From the IMG/VR virus record IMGVR_UViG_3300049483_000112, positions 3,464 through 67,463 of that record: a stretch of DNA of 64,000 nucleotides; one strand, given 5' to 3'. The translations under genes and the position numbers were made by a program. This DNA comes from a virus. The notes under the pieces were generated by a model. That model was not told the DNA's origin and searched no databases. It worked only from the letters and a program-made list of their open reading frames with translations. This document shows, in pieces, positions 8,994 to 18,397 of this stretch (within the stretch, counting starts at the first letter, position 1; every line of letters starts with the position of its first letter).

Positions 8994-11900
8994 TCACCCC
9001 TTCACAAAGACGAAGTCGCGGTTCATCTGCTTGAGCATTTTCGCAAGATCGTTCTTGTGGATGAAGTCTCCGCCCGCCGTGTGGATGTGCACCGTGCCGC
9101 CGGCGCCGCCACCACCGCCGCCAAGCATGGTCCGCAAGGCGTGCGCCTCGGCAGCCGGAAGCACCATCTCGTTCTTGTGCACCGCCGCGATCTGGTTGTG
9201 CGGGATCTGCCACCACCCTCCCTCTGCTGAGTTGAGCATGCTCATCGCCATGCCCAGGGCGCCGGCGGACACGCCAAGAGCGGCAACCGGGGCGAATGGG
9301 CCAAGGAAGCCGAAGAACTCGACGAGCTCGGCGAACGCGGCAGCAATCGCGATCCCGATGCGCTTGATGGCGTCACCGGTCATCGTCAGCAGCGACGCGG
9401 CACTACCTGCTTTCTCGATGCCCGCTCGCTCGGCAGTTCCTGTGGCCACAGCGGCCGTCTGCGCCGTCTGCGCCGTGGTCGTGATAGCCACACCAGCCTC
9501 GGCCGCAGCCACCTGCGCGCCGACGGCGATCCCTTGCGTCGCGATCATCTCCGCTACGCCAACCTGATCGAGCGTGGCCCGCTGCGCCATTCCGGCCGCC
9601 TTCACTGCCGTCTGCGCGGCCTCGCCGCCGATGAACTTGGCCACGATCGTGTCCACCATATTGGTGACCACGTTGATGCTGCGATCAACCATCTTGCCCA
9701 GCGCTGTGTCGCCGCTGAACAACCGCTCGGTGAACTTCTTGGCTATCAAATCTTCGAACGTCTTCGCGATCGTGACGGCGAATTGCCTGATCGCATCCTG
9801 CAGCGTCACCACCCCAGACAGCAGGCTGCTGATCATCGAGGTGAAGCCCCCCTCGATGCTCATGCGAGCCTCGCGCTCAAACTTCGTGCGCTCAAGCACG
9901 GCTCGGTTGCTGATGTCTGTCAGTTTGGCCTGATGTTCAGCGAACGCGCTTGTCCTGGCCTTATCGATTTCGTCGAGCTTTTCCTGATTCCCGCGCGCCA
10001 GTAGCATCTGCGATCTGAAGTTGGCCATGCGCAATTCCCACAGCCGTTCCTCAAGATCGCGCTCAATGCCAAACATCTCGTCGGCAGTGATTTTGCCCAT
10101 CGCAAGGCGCTGCTGAGCGGCCGCGCGCTCAGCGTCGAGCTTCCTTGAGCCGAGATCCAGGGCTGCATCGGCTTCCCTTCGCGCGTACCCTTCCGCCATC
10201 GCCAGTTGAGCGAGTTGGGCCCGGTTCGCGATGTCGGTCAACTTCGCCTGATGTTCAGCGAATGAGACTGCCCGCTTTTTCTCGATCTCGTCGAGCTTCT
10301 CTGCATTGCCGCGGGCCAGCACGAACTCGGAGTTGAGCTCTGCCATGCGCAGATCCCACAGCCTGCCCTCAAGGTCGTCCTCGATGGCGAACATCTCATT
10401 GGCTGTGATCTGGCCAAGAGCCAGTCGCTGTTGTGCAGAGGCGCGATCGGCCTCAACAATCTTCGCCCCGAGATCGAACGCGGCGTTCGCCTTGCGCATG
10501 GCATAGCCGTCCGCCTCTGCGCGTAGCGCGTTTTCCTTCTCGATGTTGATCTGCTGCGCTATCCCGAGCGTCTTGGCCTCTGCAATGGCGATCTGCCCTT
10601 CAAGGGCTGCGATCTGAGCCATGAACTGCAGGCGCTGAGGCTCTTTGACACCCTCGGCACCCATGCGCGTGCGTATGCCGGCAATCTCGGCCTTGCGCGC
10701 TGAAATTTCGCGCGCGTTCTCTTCCTGCTGCAGTCGCTCCTTGTCTCTGAAGTAGTCCTCGATGCTGATCAGTTTTCGCGCGTATGCGTCATCCTGAATG
10801 CGCTGCTCCTCGGCGTCGTACTCTTTCAGCAGTGCGATGCGCGCGTCGCGGTCCGCCTTCTCTAGCGCCAACTGCGCTGTCGCGATGGCGGCCGCCGTGC
10901 TGTCGACAATAGGGATCTTCTTCTTGCCCGTCTCCGTCGTCGTGCCAGGCCTAGATCCCCAAGCGTTTTCGGCCTTGATGCGCTCCCGCTCTTCAGAGCT
11001 CATCACGGCTGAGGCAATATCGGCGTTCCCTTTCGCGGCGATCGCGACGAGCTTCTCGCCCCCCTCTTTGACGATGCGCACGCGTTCATCGATGCCGCGC
11101 TGCCACTCTGCCTTCGTACCCTCCCAATCGAGGTGCAGCGCTCGCTCAGCGACAGCCAAGAAGGACGAGAAGGCGCTCGAAAGCACATCCATTTGCGTCT
11201 TGACGGCGGACACCATCAACTCGACGCTGACCCTGAACCCGATGAGCAGCGCGTGGACCGTCCTGAATACCGTCTTGAAAAACTCGAGCGCCGTCATCGG
11301 TTTTTCGTTGAAGACGACGCCGATCGCCTCAGACAGTGCGGCGAACACTTCGCTGATGAACCCCCAGACGGTTTCGATGACGACCTTGACCTCCTGCCAC
11401 ATCCCAACAAAGGCCTCTGCCGCCGCTTGTGCGCCACCTACTAGCGCCGGGCCAGCATCGGCTAGCATCTTCGATGCCTCAGCGAATGCCGGCATCATCG
11501 TCTCGCCGATCGTCTTCGAAACCCCCTTCATCACGTCGTTGACATCGTTCAGGGCCATGCGGTACTTCTCAGTCGCCGCAAAGCTCTCTGCCGTCACAAC
11601 AAGGTTCAGTTCCCTGTTTTTCTTGGCGGCTTCGGCTATCGCCTCATCGTTCAATCGCAGCAGTTTCGTAACGTCGCCGACTCTGGTGCCGAACAACTTC
11701 ATCGATGCCTGCCCCTGGTCAACACCTGGGGCGTACTGCGACAGCAACTTGATCGACTCCATGAACACTTGGTTGGAGTCCTTGGTTCCGTTCTTGAGCG
11801 AAACCGTATCCACACCCATCTGCCGCATCTCTTCCGAGTTGTTGCGCAGCATGCGGTTGAACTTCGTGAACGCCCCCGTGTAAACGTCGGCGCTTGAGCC

Positions 11901-12167
11901 GATGTCATCGAGCGCGGTCATCATGGTGCTGGCCGTCTCGGTCGATATGCCGAGTTGCCGCGACATCTTCTCGGCCTCTCGGTTGATGCTTGAGGCCTCG
12001 TCGATGAAGTGCTTAAACGCAGTGCCGCCGGCCAACACCGCCGCCAGGCCCTGGAAACGACTCATGAGAGTGGACAGCGAGCCGCTGACTTGCCCGATCT
12101 TCGACTGAAATTCGTCGATGACCGCGCCGAATCGTACTGTTACGTCTTCTTCGCCTCGCGTAGCCAT
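8994..12167 (-). CDS. Tail tape measure protein
   Basis: 1057 aa, helical and Ala-rich; C-terminal SAEGGW...VHKNEMVLPA; canonical position. Confidence 0.92.
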   Translation of the reverse strand: MATRGEEDVTVRFGAVIDEFQSKIGQVSGSLSTLMSRFQGLAAVLAGGTAFKHFIDEASSINREAEKMSRQLGISTETASTMMTALDDIGSSADVYTGAFTKFNRMLRNNSEEMRQMGVDTVSLKNGTKDSNQVFMESIKLLSQYAPGVDQGQASMKLFGTRVGDVTKLLRLNDEAIAEAAKKNRELNLVVTAESFAATEKYRMALNDVNDVMKGVSKTIGETMMPAFAEASKMLADAGPALVGGAQAAAEAFVGMWQEVKVVIETVWGFISEVFAALSEAIGVVFNEKPMTALEFFKTVFRTVHALLIGFRVSVELMVSAVKTQMDVLSSAFSSFLAVAERALHLDWEGTKAEWQRGIDERVRIVKEGGEKLVAIAAKGNADIASAVMSSEERERIKAENAWGSRPGTTTETGKKKIPIVDSTAAAIATAQLALEKADRDARIALLKEYDAEEQRIQDDAYARKLISIEDYFRDKERLQQEENAREISARKAEIAGIRTRMGAEGVKEPQRLQFMAQIAALEGQIAIAEAKTLGIAQQINIEKENALRAEADGYAMRKANAAFDLGAKIVEADRASAQQRLALGQITANEMFAIEDDLEGRLWDLRMAELNSEFVLARGNAEKLDEIEKKRAVSFAEHQAKLTDIANRAQLAQLAMAEGYARREADAALDLGSRKLDAERAAAQQRLAMGKITADEMFGIERDLEERLWELRMANFRSQMLLARGNQEKLDEIDKARTSAFAEHQAKLTDISNRAVLERTKFEREARMSIEGGFTSMISSLLSGVVTLQDAIRQFAVTIAKTFEDLIAKKFTERLFSGDTALGKMVDRSINVVTNMVDTIVAKFIGGEAAQTAVKAAGMAQRATLDQVGVAEMIATQGIAVGAQVAAAEAGVAITTTAQTAQTAAVATGTAERAGIEKAGSAASLLTMTGDAIKRIGIAIAAAFAELVEFFGFLGPFAPVAALGVSAGALGMAMSMLNSAEGGWWQIPHNQIAAVHKNEMVLPAAEAHALRTMLGGGGGGAGGTVHIHTAGGDFIHKNDLAKMLKQMNRDFVFVKG

Positions 12168-12445
12168 TCAGGTTTCTCCGTCTTCACGACGCCTGGCATG
12201 TCGCCAAGCATGTCGAACAGGGCCTGAGCATTTTGCGCTTTCGGAGCCGCTCTTTGGCGGGTAACGCCGAGCGCAGCGCCGATCGCTGCCACGCTGGCGG
12301 ACAGTGGCGGCACTGTCTCCCAATGCTTGGCAATGGCCTCGAGCCGCGGAATGGTCATCTCCGCGTCGATGTATTCCCACGTCCAGCCGAACGCGTCGAT
12401 CAGGGCGACGTAGATCCCATCCCAGTCGACGCGCTCGCTTCCCCC
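12140..12445 (-). CDS. Tail assembly chaperone C-terminal extension (gpT-like), reached by -1 frameshift
   Basis: The -1 frame from GGGGGAA reads GSERVDWDGIYVALIDAFGWTWEYIDAEMTIPRLE... and is continuous with ORF 12140..12358. Confidence 0.75.
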   Translation of the reverse strand, partial: GGSERVDWDGIYVALIDAFGWTWEYIDAEMTIPRLEAIAKHWETVPPLSASVAAIGAALGVTRQRAAPKAQNAQALFDMLGDMPGVVKTEKPEWLREAKKT

Positions 12446-12780
12446 GATGGTGCCGCCGCCTTGGTGAAGCCGGAGATCGCCAGCACCGCGTCAAGCACCT
12501 CGGCGTAGTTTTCCAGATCGAGCATGTCGGCAACTGACTCGACGGTGATGTCTGGGTAGTTGCGCTTCATCGCCGCATGCACGATCGTCGCCACCGTGTC
12601 CATCTGCTCGACGGTCGGTCGCGCGCCCATGCTTGCGAGCGCCTCGACTCGCTCTTGCAGGTCGATGATCGATCGAAAGCCAAGCGCAGGGATGCGGTAC
12701 TGCTCCGCACCCATCGTGACCCAGCGACCCCCTCGGTTGAGCACGGGCTCAATCTTCTTCGCGTCGGGGTCGTTCATCAC
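12400..12780 (-). CDS. Tail assembly chaperone (gpG-like)
   Basis: Between tail tube and tape measure, with a slippery site near its 3' end. Confidence 0.85.
   Translation of the reverse strand: MMNDPDAKKIEPVLNRGGRWVTMGAEQYRIPALGFRSIIDLQERVEALASMGARPTVEQMDTVATIVHAAMKRNYPDITVESVADMLDLENYAEVLDAVLAISGFTKAAAPSGEASASTGMGSTSP
12439..12445 (-). promoter_or_regulatory. Programmed -1 frameshift site G GGG GAA
   Basis: TCG GGG GAA near the chaperone 3' end; the -1 frame stays open to 12140. Confidence 0.75.
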
Positions 12781-13508
12781 TCGTCGGTGCTGATCGTCAT
12801 CACGTTGTTCGACGCATCGGCGAACGAGCTCCAGTCAAACGATGGGATGCCGAAGTCCTCAAGCTTCGTCGCGAGCGAAAGCTTGTTGGACATGCAGCGG
12901 TTAAGAACGAAGGTCATCTTCTTCGATTGGAAAACCTCGGTGAAGACGACGCTGAACTCTGGCGCCTGGCCGAGCAGTTGGTTGGTGACGGTGATTTTCT
13001 TGCCGTTCGATGCATCGGCCCAGGTGTAGCTCACCAGCACCGCAGCGTTGGCCTGAGACGAGTTGAAGGTGTAGACGCCCGTCGACTCGTTGCACGAGTA
13101 CTGCTGGCCAACTGGCGCGTTGGCGACCTTGACGAACAGCGAGCCGTCCGACGCGAGCACCACGCCCATGTCCTGCAGGAAGGTCGTGTTGTGCGATGCC
13201 GTCACGATGTTGGCCGTCACCGTCGCCGCCTCTGCAACAGCGGTCACCGTCGAGCCCGTTGCCGGGTTCGTGTTGCCGAAAAACAGATCGTTCCATGCCG
13301 CGGCGTTGATCTGCGCCCAGTCGGCCTTGCCGGTGACTTTCCCGGTGCCGCGGCCCAGCGCGATCGGGAACTGGTACTGCCCGTACAGTTCCTTCAGGTT
13401 GAACGACATGTCCAGCGTGACCCCCTGCAGCCCGCCGAAGCGCACCGGAGTGGAATTCGCCGTCGTGTTGCGCCCGTACAGGACGCCGCTGCCGAATTGG
13501 TATTGCAT
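12777..13508 (-). CDS. Major tail tube protein
   Basis: QFGSGVLY, FGGLQGVTLDMSFNLKELYGQYQFP, LATKLEDF; position in tail operon. Confidence 0.85.
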   Translation of the reverse strand: MQYQFGSGVLYGRNTTANSTPVRFGGLQGVTLDMSFNLKELYGQYQFPIALGRGTGKVTGKADWAQINAAAWNDLFFGNTNPATGSTVTAVAEAATVTANIVTASHNTTFLQDMGVVLASDGSLFVKVANAPVGQQYSCNESTGVYTFNSSQANAAVLVSYTWADASNGKKITVTNQLLGQAPEFSVVFTEVFQSKKMTFVLNRCMSNKLSLATKLEDFGIPSFDWSSFADASNNVMTISTDE

Positions 13509-13521
13509 CTCGGATCTCCTT

Positions 13522-13971
13522 CTAAGGGACTAGAACCGTGATCGGGATGAGCGCCACCGCTTCGTCGCCTAGATCACCCTGGAAAATTTCGATGTTGCCC
13601 TCGATCGCACAGTGCGACACGCTGAGCCCTAACGTGCTCGCGTAGTTTGACAGATCGTCGCGGTGAATTGCGGCCTCTACCGCATCCAAAAGCGGGTTCA
13701 AGATCTTGGTGGCGACCACGTCCTTGTCAGCGCTGCCGCCCGTGTGCGCGTAGAGGTAGAGCTCGATCTGCAGCCGCCACAGCGGGGGCAACCCCTTGCG
13801 GTATTGGTTCGTCTCTGCGCGCTGCTGCATGAGCAGCGACGGCGTGTCCTCTGGCAACACTGCGTCCCACGTCTTGACCGTGCGGGTCGCGGTCTTGAAC
13901 AGTGGCGCGCCGCCGACCGTCAGCGCCTCAAAGAAGGCGAAGACGGTCGAGTAGATCTGCTCTCTGTTCAT
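13522..13971 (-). CDS. Tail terminator / completion protein
   Basis: MNREQIY...LNPLLDAVEAA...TLG...HCAIEG; position before tube. Confidence 0.75.
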   Translation of the reverse strand: MNREQIYSTVFAFFEALTVGGAPLFKTATRTVKTWDAVLPEDTPSLLMQQRAETNQYRKGLPPLWRLQIELYLYAHTGGSADKDVVATKILNPLLDAVEAAIHRDDLSNYASTLGLSVSHCAIEGNIEIFQGDLGDEAVALIPITVLVP

Positions 13972-14549
13972 TTGGTGACAAGCGCCTCTGCCGCAGCGGC
14001 CCGGATCTCTGATCGAATGCGCGGGGCCATCTCACTCAGCGTCGAGCGGAGAAACGAGCGCTCAGGCAAGTGCACGTTCCTGATATGCGCCCTCACCGTC
14101 CCCCAGACGGCATTCGCCTCCTGGGTCTTCCGCAGCCTGCGCAAGATCACCGCATCTGAGTTCTTTCGCGGCGTCCCGTCCTTCTTCAGTCCAGCGCGAT
14201 AGGCGGCACTGTAGTCGGCGCTGGTCAGGTGTGTGTACTTGCGCAGATGCTCTCGCACGTGCACCGGGCCATCGAACCCGAACTCGTGGACGGCTGCGTA
14301 GCGGACGTTCGTGCCAACCGTCGCGATGATGTTCTCGCCCATCACGTCAACGCGCTGGTTGATCGATCGGCGCAGCGTGCCGGTGCGTACATGCAGAGCC
14401 TGGCCGCTTAGTTTGGTTTCCTTCACCGCGCCCTGCACTTCGATGGCGAGGCGGCGAATGACGCGCACAAGGTTCGCCTGCAACTTCGGCGCTACGCCGC
14501 TCAGCCTGGCCAACAGCCTTTCCGCTTCCATGCTGATGAATAGTTGCAT
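13968..14549 (-). CDS. Neck / tail completion protein (HK97 gp10-like)
   Basis: VRTGTLRRSI, VGTNVRYAAVHEFG, LPERSFLR. Confidence 0.8.
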   Translation of the reverse strand: MQLFISMEAERLLARLSGVAPKLQANLVRVIRRLAIEVQGAVKETKLSGQALHVRTGTLRRSINQRVDVMGENIIATVGTNVRYAAVHEFGFDGPVHVREHLRKYTHLTSADYSAAYRAGLKKDGTPRKNSDAVILRRLRKTQEANAVWGTVRAHIRNVHLPERSFLRSTLSEMAPRIRSEIRAAAAEALVTK

Positions 14550-14553
14550 GGCG

Positions 14554-15324
14554 TCACACCGGAGCTTTCTTGCGGAAGGGGCCGAGCGCCTCTTTGATAC
14601 TCGGCGTGAACCCCTTGTCTTCGTAGGTGATGCTCTCGTTGGCAAGAGTCTTCGAACGAACCCCGATGTTGTCGGCCTGCTTCAAGTCGAGCGCCACCAT
14701 CTCGATGCACGCCTGCTCGACAGGCCCCGGAATGAACCGGTACTCCATCTCGACGTGCATGCCGCTGTTGGCCGAATTGAATGTGTAGGTGCCGGCCGAG
14801 AATGAGTACTGCCCAGGCGCTGGCGCGTTTCCCACCTGCACCAGGGCGGCCGCGTTCGCCGTGTCCATCACCGTGACGTTGGTGATCGCGGTGCCGCCCT
14901 CGCGCGGCGTGATGGTCGGCACGTTGCCGGCTGGGATGTAGCCGAGCTCGCTGGTTTGATAGCCGGACTCCCATGAGCACAGCACATTGCGCCGACCCAT
15001 GGGGAACTTGTCGGTCGTGAGAAAGACGGCCACGTCGCTGAACTGAAAGCCGGGCTGCTGATCGCTCGGCGCCGGTACCACGACCCTGCCGTTGATCGAC
15101 AGCGACGAGACATCGATCACCGGCGCGTCAGGCAACATCAGGATGCGCGAACCGGTCCCGTCGAGGTGTCGATTCACGTTCTGCACGTAGGGAAACGTGC
15201 GGCCCGTGTACTGCTCGATCAACCTTGACTCGCGCGGGATCAGTTCGGCGATTCTGGCGTCGGCGCCTGTAGTGGCAAGCGTCATGTAGCGCTTGACTGC
15301 AGCGACCGTGGTCAGGTCTGCCAT
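14554..15324 (-). CDS. Head-tail adaptor with inserted beta domain
   Basis: DLTTVAAVK, IEQYTGR, IPGPVEQACIEMV motifs. Confidence 0.8.
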   Translation of the reverse strand: MADLTTVAAVKRYMTLATTGADARIAELIPRESRLIEQYTGRTFPYVQNVNRHLDGTGSRILMLPDAPVIDVSSLSINGRVVVPAPSDQQPGFQFSDVAVFLTTDKFPMGRRNVLCSWESGYQTSELGYIPAGNVPTITPREGGTAITNVTVMDTANAAALVQVGNAPAPGQYSFSAGTYTFNSANSGMHVEMEYRFIPGPVEQACIEMVALDLKQADNIGVRSKTLANESITYEDKGFTPSIKEALGPFRKKAPV

Positions 15325-15326
15325 GG

Positions 15327-15542
15327 CTACTTCTTCGCCGGCGCGGACTGGGATTGCCCCTCGACCACCTTCGTCAGCCCGTGCGCCTCAAGCCCGGCCG
15401 CCAGATGCACAGGGACTTCGACCGTGCGGTCTGGTTCGGCCTCGATCTCGAACCCGCCGACAGAGATCGACGTGCTCATGTTGTCGGGGATGCGCATGCG
15501 GACCATGCTGAGCTTGAACGGGTTCTTGTGTGAGGACATCAA
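15327..15542 (-). CDS. Small hypothetical protein after capsid gene
   Basis: AGGAG RBS; fills the gap between capsid and adaptor genes. Confidence 0.6.
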   Translation of the reverse strand: MMSSHKNPFKLSMVRMRIPDNMSTSISVGGFEIEAEPDRTVEVPVHLAAGLEAHGLTKVVEGQSQSAPAKK

Positions 15543-15557
15543 ACGCTCCTAGAGTGG

Positions 15558-15589
15558 AAAAACGCCCCGGCACCTTTCGATACCGGGGC
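15558..15589 (-). terminator. Intrinsic terminator after major capsid gene
   Basis: GCCCCGGTATC-GAAA-GGTGCCGGGGC followed by GTTTTT on the minus strand. Confidence 0.8.
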
Positions 15590-15638
15590 TTTGAAGGTCA
15601 CTTACGCGACCAGGGAGGAAACAACACGAGATCAGCGA

Positions 15639-17156
15639 TTAGCCGTTGGCGATGTTGCGGATCACCGCCAGGGCGAACGTGGCATACACCTGCAGCACGC
15701 CGTCTTGGTAGACGCCGTACTCGTATTTGCGGGTGCGCAGCGGCCATTCGATCTGGTAGTAGTCCCGGCGCATCCGCATCTGCATCACGTTCGTGACGTT
15801 GCTCAGCGGGTAGGGCAGTCGCTGCGTGGTGAACAGGATCGTGCCAGGCGGCATGTTCGGATGTAGGCGCACCCTCAACTCTTGCGCGCTGTCCATCGAG
15901 AACTTGTTCAGGTACGACTTCACCATGATGCCGCCGCCGACCATGCCCTGATCAGCATTGAAGACGAAGCGCTGTGCCGCGGACTGGCCACCCTGCAAGA
16001 TCTTCGCGCCGATGCTGTTCATCTCCTGGCTCGAAACCCACATCGTGTCGGGGCTCAGCCGGTAGTTGTCCCACATCGACTTCAGCACTGCATCGATCTG
16101 CACGACGCCGCCGGAGCCGTCAGCCGTCAGCGCGGTGCCGGTGCCCGCCGTGCCGTTGGCCATCGTCACCTGCGTTGCGCCCAGGCTTGACTGCATCGCC
16201 ATCGTCAGGATGCCGTCGAACGCCAGCGAGTTCCGCGACTTTTCGGCCGCAGTGAGCGCATTGAAGTTCGATTGCCCAGGCGACACCGTCGTCCCGGCAG
16301 CCGCGTCGGTGATCAACACCGAGTTGATGGTTGTGATAGCGCCCAGCGTCAGGTTGCCGGCCGCCGCACCCCAGAACCACGCGTATGCGACCGCACCGTC
16401 CACCGCCGCCACCGTGGCAGAGATGACCGACGTGTTGGAGCTCGCGGCAGTCGTCACGTTGGCTTGCGGGCTCGGGTACGCGCTGCCGCCGTTGATGGTG
16501 TCGGTCGACGAGTCGGCGTTCGTGCGCACGTAGGATTGCACGATGCCGCCGGTCAGCGACGCCAGCATGTACCCTTCGAACGTGAGAGCGACGCAGCCGA
16601 CACCGTAGGACGCGTTGCCAGTCAGGGTCCCGCCGGCATTGGCAGACGACAGGGTCGGCGTTGGCGTGTTGGCCAGCGCGTACTGCGTGTTGCCGCCGAG
16701 GATGACCTTCTCTTCGTTGATCATCATCGCGCGCAGCAGCCCCTCGACGGCCAGCGCCTTGACATCCTCGAAACCTTCGCCGGCGTAGTCGGCCTCGAAG
16801 GTCACGTTGTCTTCAAGGCCCATGCCCTTGTAGGCAGCCGTGTAGTCTTGGGTCGAGGTCGTGATCACCGCGCCACGATTGCCTTGGCTCACGAAGCCGT
16901 TGACTTTCGTGGTGTTCACGCCGGTGACGGCGCGCCAGTTCGCCTGGATGCCACCCTTGCCGCTGACACGAGGGATCTCGTTGCGCAGCGGCGTGATGAC
17001 CGGGTAGAGCTTCTTGGACGGGGCCTCGAGGTCGTAGGCGGTGATGCCGCTGACCGCTGAGCCGCTTTGCGTCCACGACTTTGCCAGTTCCGAGTCCGGC
17101 ATGCCCTGCGCCGCCTTGACGAGCGCGAGGGTTTCCGCAGTGGTTTGTGCGTTCAT
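15639..17156 (-). CDS. Major capsid protein with Ser/Thr/Gly-rich insertion
   Basis: YDLEAPSKKLYPVITPLRNEIPRV, LHPNMPPG, YEYGVY; downstream of protease, followed by terminator. Confidence 0.88.
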   Translation of the reverse strand: MNAQTTAETLALVKAAQGMPDSELAKSWTQSGSAVSGITAYDLEAPSKKLYPVITPLRNEIPRVSGKGGIQANWRAVTGVNTTKVNGFVSQGNRGAVITTSTQDYTAAYKGMGLEDNVTFEADYAGEGFEDVKALAVEGLLRAMMINEEKVILGGNTQYALANTPTPTLSSANAGGTLTGNASYGVGCVALTFEGYMLASLTGGIVQSYVRTNADSSTDTINGGSAYPSPQANVTTAASSNTSVISATVAAVDGAVAYAWFWGAAAGNLTLGAITTINSVLITDAAAGTTVSPGQSNFNALTAAEKSRNSLAFDGILTMAMQSSLGATQVTMANGTAGTGTALTADGSGGVVQIDAVLKSMWDNYRLSPDTMWVSSQEMNSIGAKILQGGQSAAQRFVFNADQGMVGGGIMVKSYLNKFSMDSAQELRVRLHPNMPPGTILFTTQRLPYPLSNVTNVMQMRMRRDYYQIEWPLRTRKYEYGVYQDGVLQVYATFALAVIRNIANG

Positions 17157-17193
17157 GTCTTTGCTCCTGATCGATGTGGTTGTCAGGTGGAGG

Positions 17194-18321
17194 TCACTTG
17201 CGGAGCGGCTGAGTTACTGTCAGCGGCGCACCGCCATATCGGTGGAGGTTCTTGATGAGCCCTGCGGCCTCGTGCGGATCACCACGGTCGTCGATGATCG
17301 GCTCGGCTTTGTTGAGTTTCGACGCTTCGGTGTCACCACCACCCAAATCGTCGGCCTTTGAAATTGCGCGGAGCATCACGCGCGGCGTCGCCGGCTGTGC
17401 TTCGAGTTTGATGATCTTCGCTGTCGCGTCCTCGAGCGCCTTTTGCAATGGCGCGAGCGCGTCGGCGACGATCTTCTGAAGGGCGGCCTCGTCGAGCTTG
17501 GCAACCGGAGCGTCGACCTTTTCGACCTTCTCGGCTTTCTTGGCCTCATCGGCGCACTCGTCGCCATCTGGCTCGGCCTCTTTGTCCTCTTCATCGGCAG
17601 CCTTGGCATCAGCGGCAGCCTTGGCATCTTCAGCCGCTTTTGCGTCCTTCTTGGACGGCGGCCACGCCTTGATCATCTCGATCACTGCGCCGATGTTCAG
17701 GCCGGCGTCGTTCATCGTCTTGCCCAACAGGGCGACCTCGTCTGCCGTGCCCTCGACCGTCACATCGTCGGGGTCCACATCCTCGACCTTCTCTGCATCA
17801 GCCTCGGGCTGATTCTTGAAGTCGACCTTCTCGACAGCGCCGTCGGCCTTTTGCACTTCGAAGAACTTCGCGCTCGGGATGCACGGCCGATCGACCAGCG
17901 AGATCTCGGTTGGCTTCGCCGTGTAGCGCGTCACGTCTTTGCCATCGGACTTCTCGACAGTCTTCGGGCCGACGTACGACCCGCCGATGGAAAAGCCGGT
18001 GTAGCAGCCCTCGTTGACCTTCTTCCACTCCTGATCGTCCACGATCTTGGCGACCACATCGATCGCCTTGTCGGCGTCATTGAAGTCGATCTGCGTCAGT
18101 TTGCCGGCGGACACCTTGCCGTGCATGGCGCGCACATTGCCCATGCTCTTGCCGCCGGTGTCCTTCGCGATCTCTGCCGACCAGGCCTCGAAGTGTGGCT
18201 TGCTCGACAGATAGTCCATCACCTCGTCCGACTTGTCGACCATCTCTTGCGCCGCCCGACCGAAGACGAGCCGCTTCTCTTCATCGACCTTGGTGATCTG
18301 CGCGAAGATGTTCATCGACAT
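17194..18321 (-). CDS. Prohead protease (XkdF/HK97-like) with scaffold-like C-terminus
   Basis: ITKVDEEKRLVFG, RAMHG, YTGFSIGG, EISLVDRP; charged Ala/Glu/Lys tail. Confidence 0.85.
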   Translation of the reverse strand: MSMNIFAQITKVDEEKRLVFGRAAQEMVDKSDEVMDYLSSKPHFEAWSAEIAKDTGGKSMGNVRAMHGKVSAGKLTQIDFNDADKAIDVVAKIVDDQEWKKVNEGCYTGFSIGGSYVGPKTVEKSDGKDVTRYTAKPTEISLVDRPCIPSAKFFEVQKADGAVEKVDFKNQPEADAEKVEDVDPDDVTVEGTADEVALLGKTMNDAGLNIGAVIEMIKAWPPSKKDAKAAEDAKAAADAKAADEEDKEAEPDGDECADEAKKAEKVEKVDAPVAKLDEAALQKIVADALAPLQKALEDATAKIIKLEAQPATPRVMLRAISKADDLGGGDTEASKLNKAEPIIDDRGDPHEAAGLIKNLHRYGGAPLTVTQPLRK

Positions 18322-18397
18322 GGTTGACTCCTGTGCCGGCGCGGTGTATCGCCTAGTTGGCGCGATAGTAGCGGAAACGTTGATGCTTTTGGGGGCA

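Noticed and set aside
10798-11883. 361-aa antisense ORF over the tape measure gene
   Set aside because: Ser/Ala-rich shadow typical of GC-rich coding DNA; no motifs.
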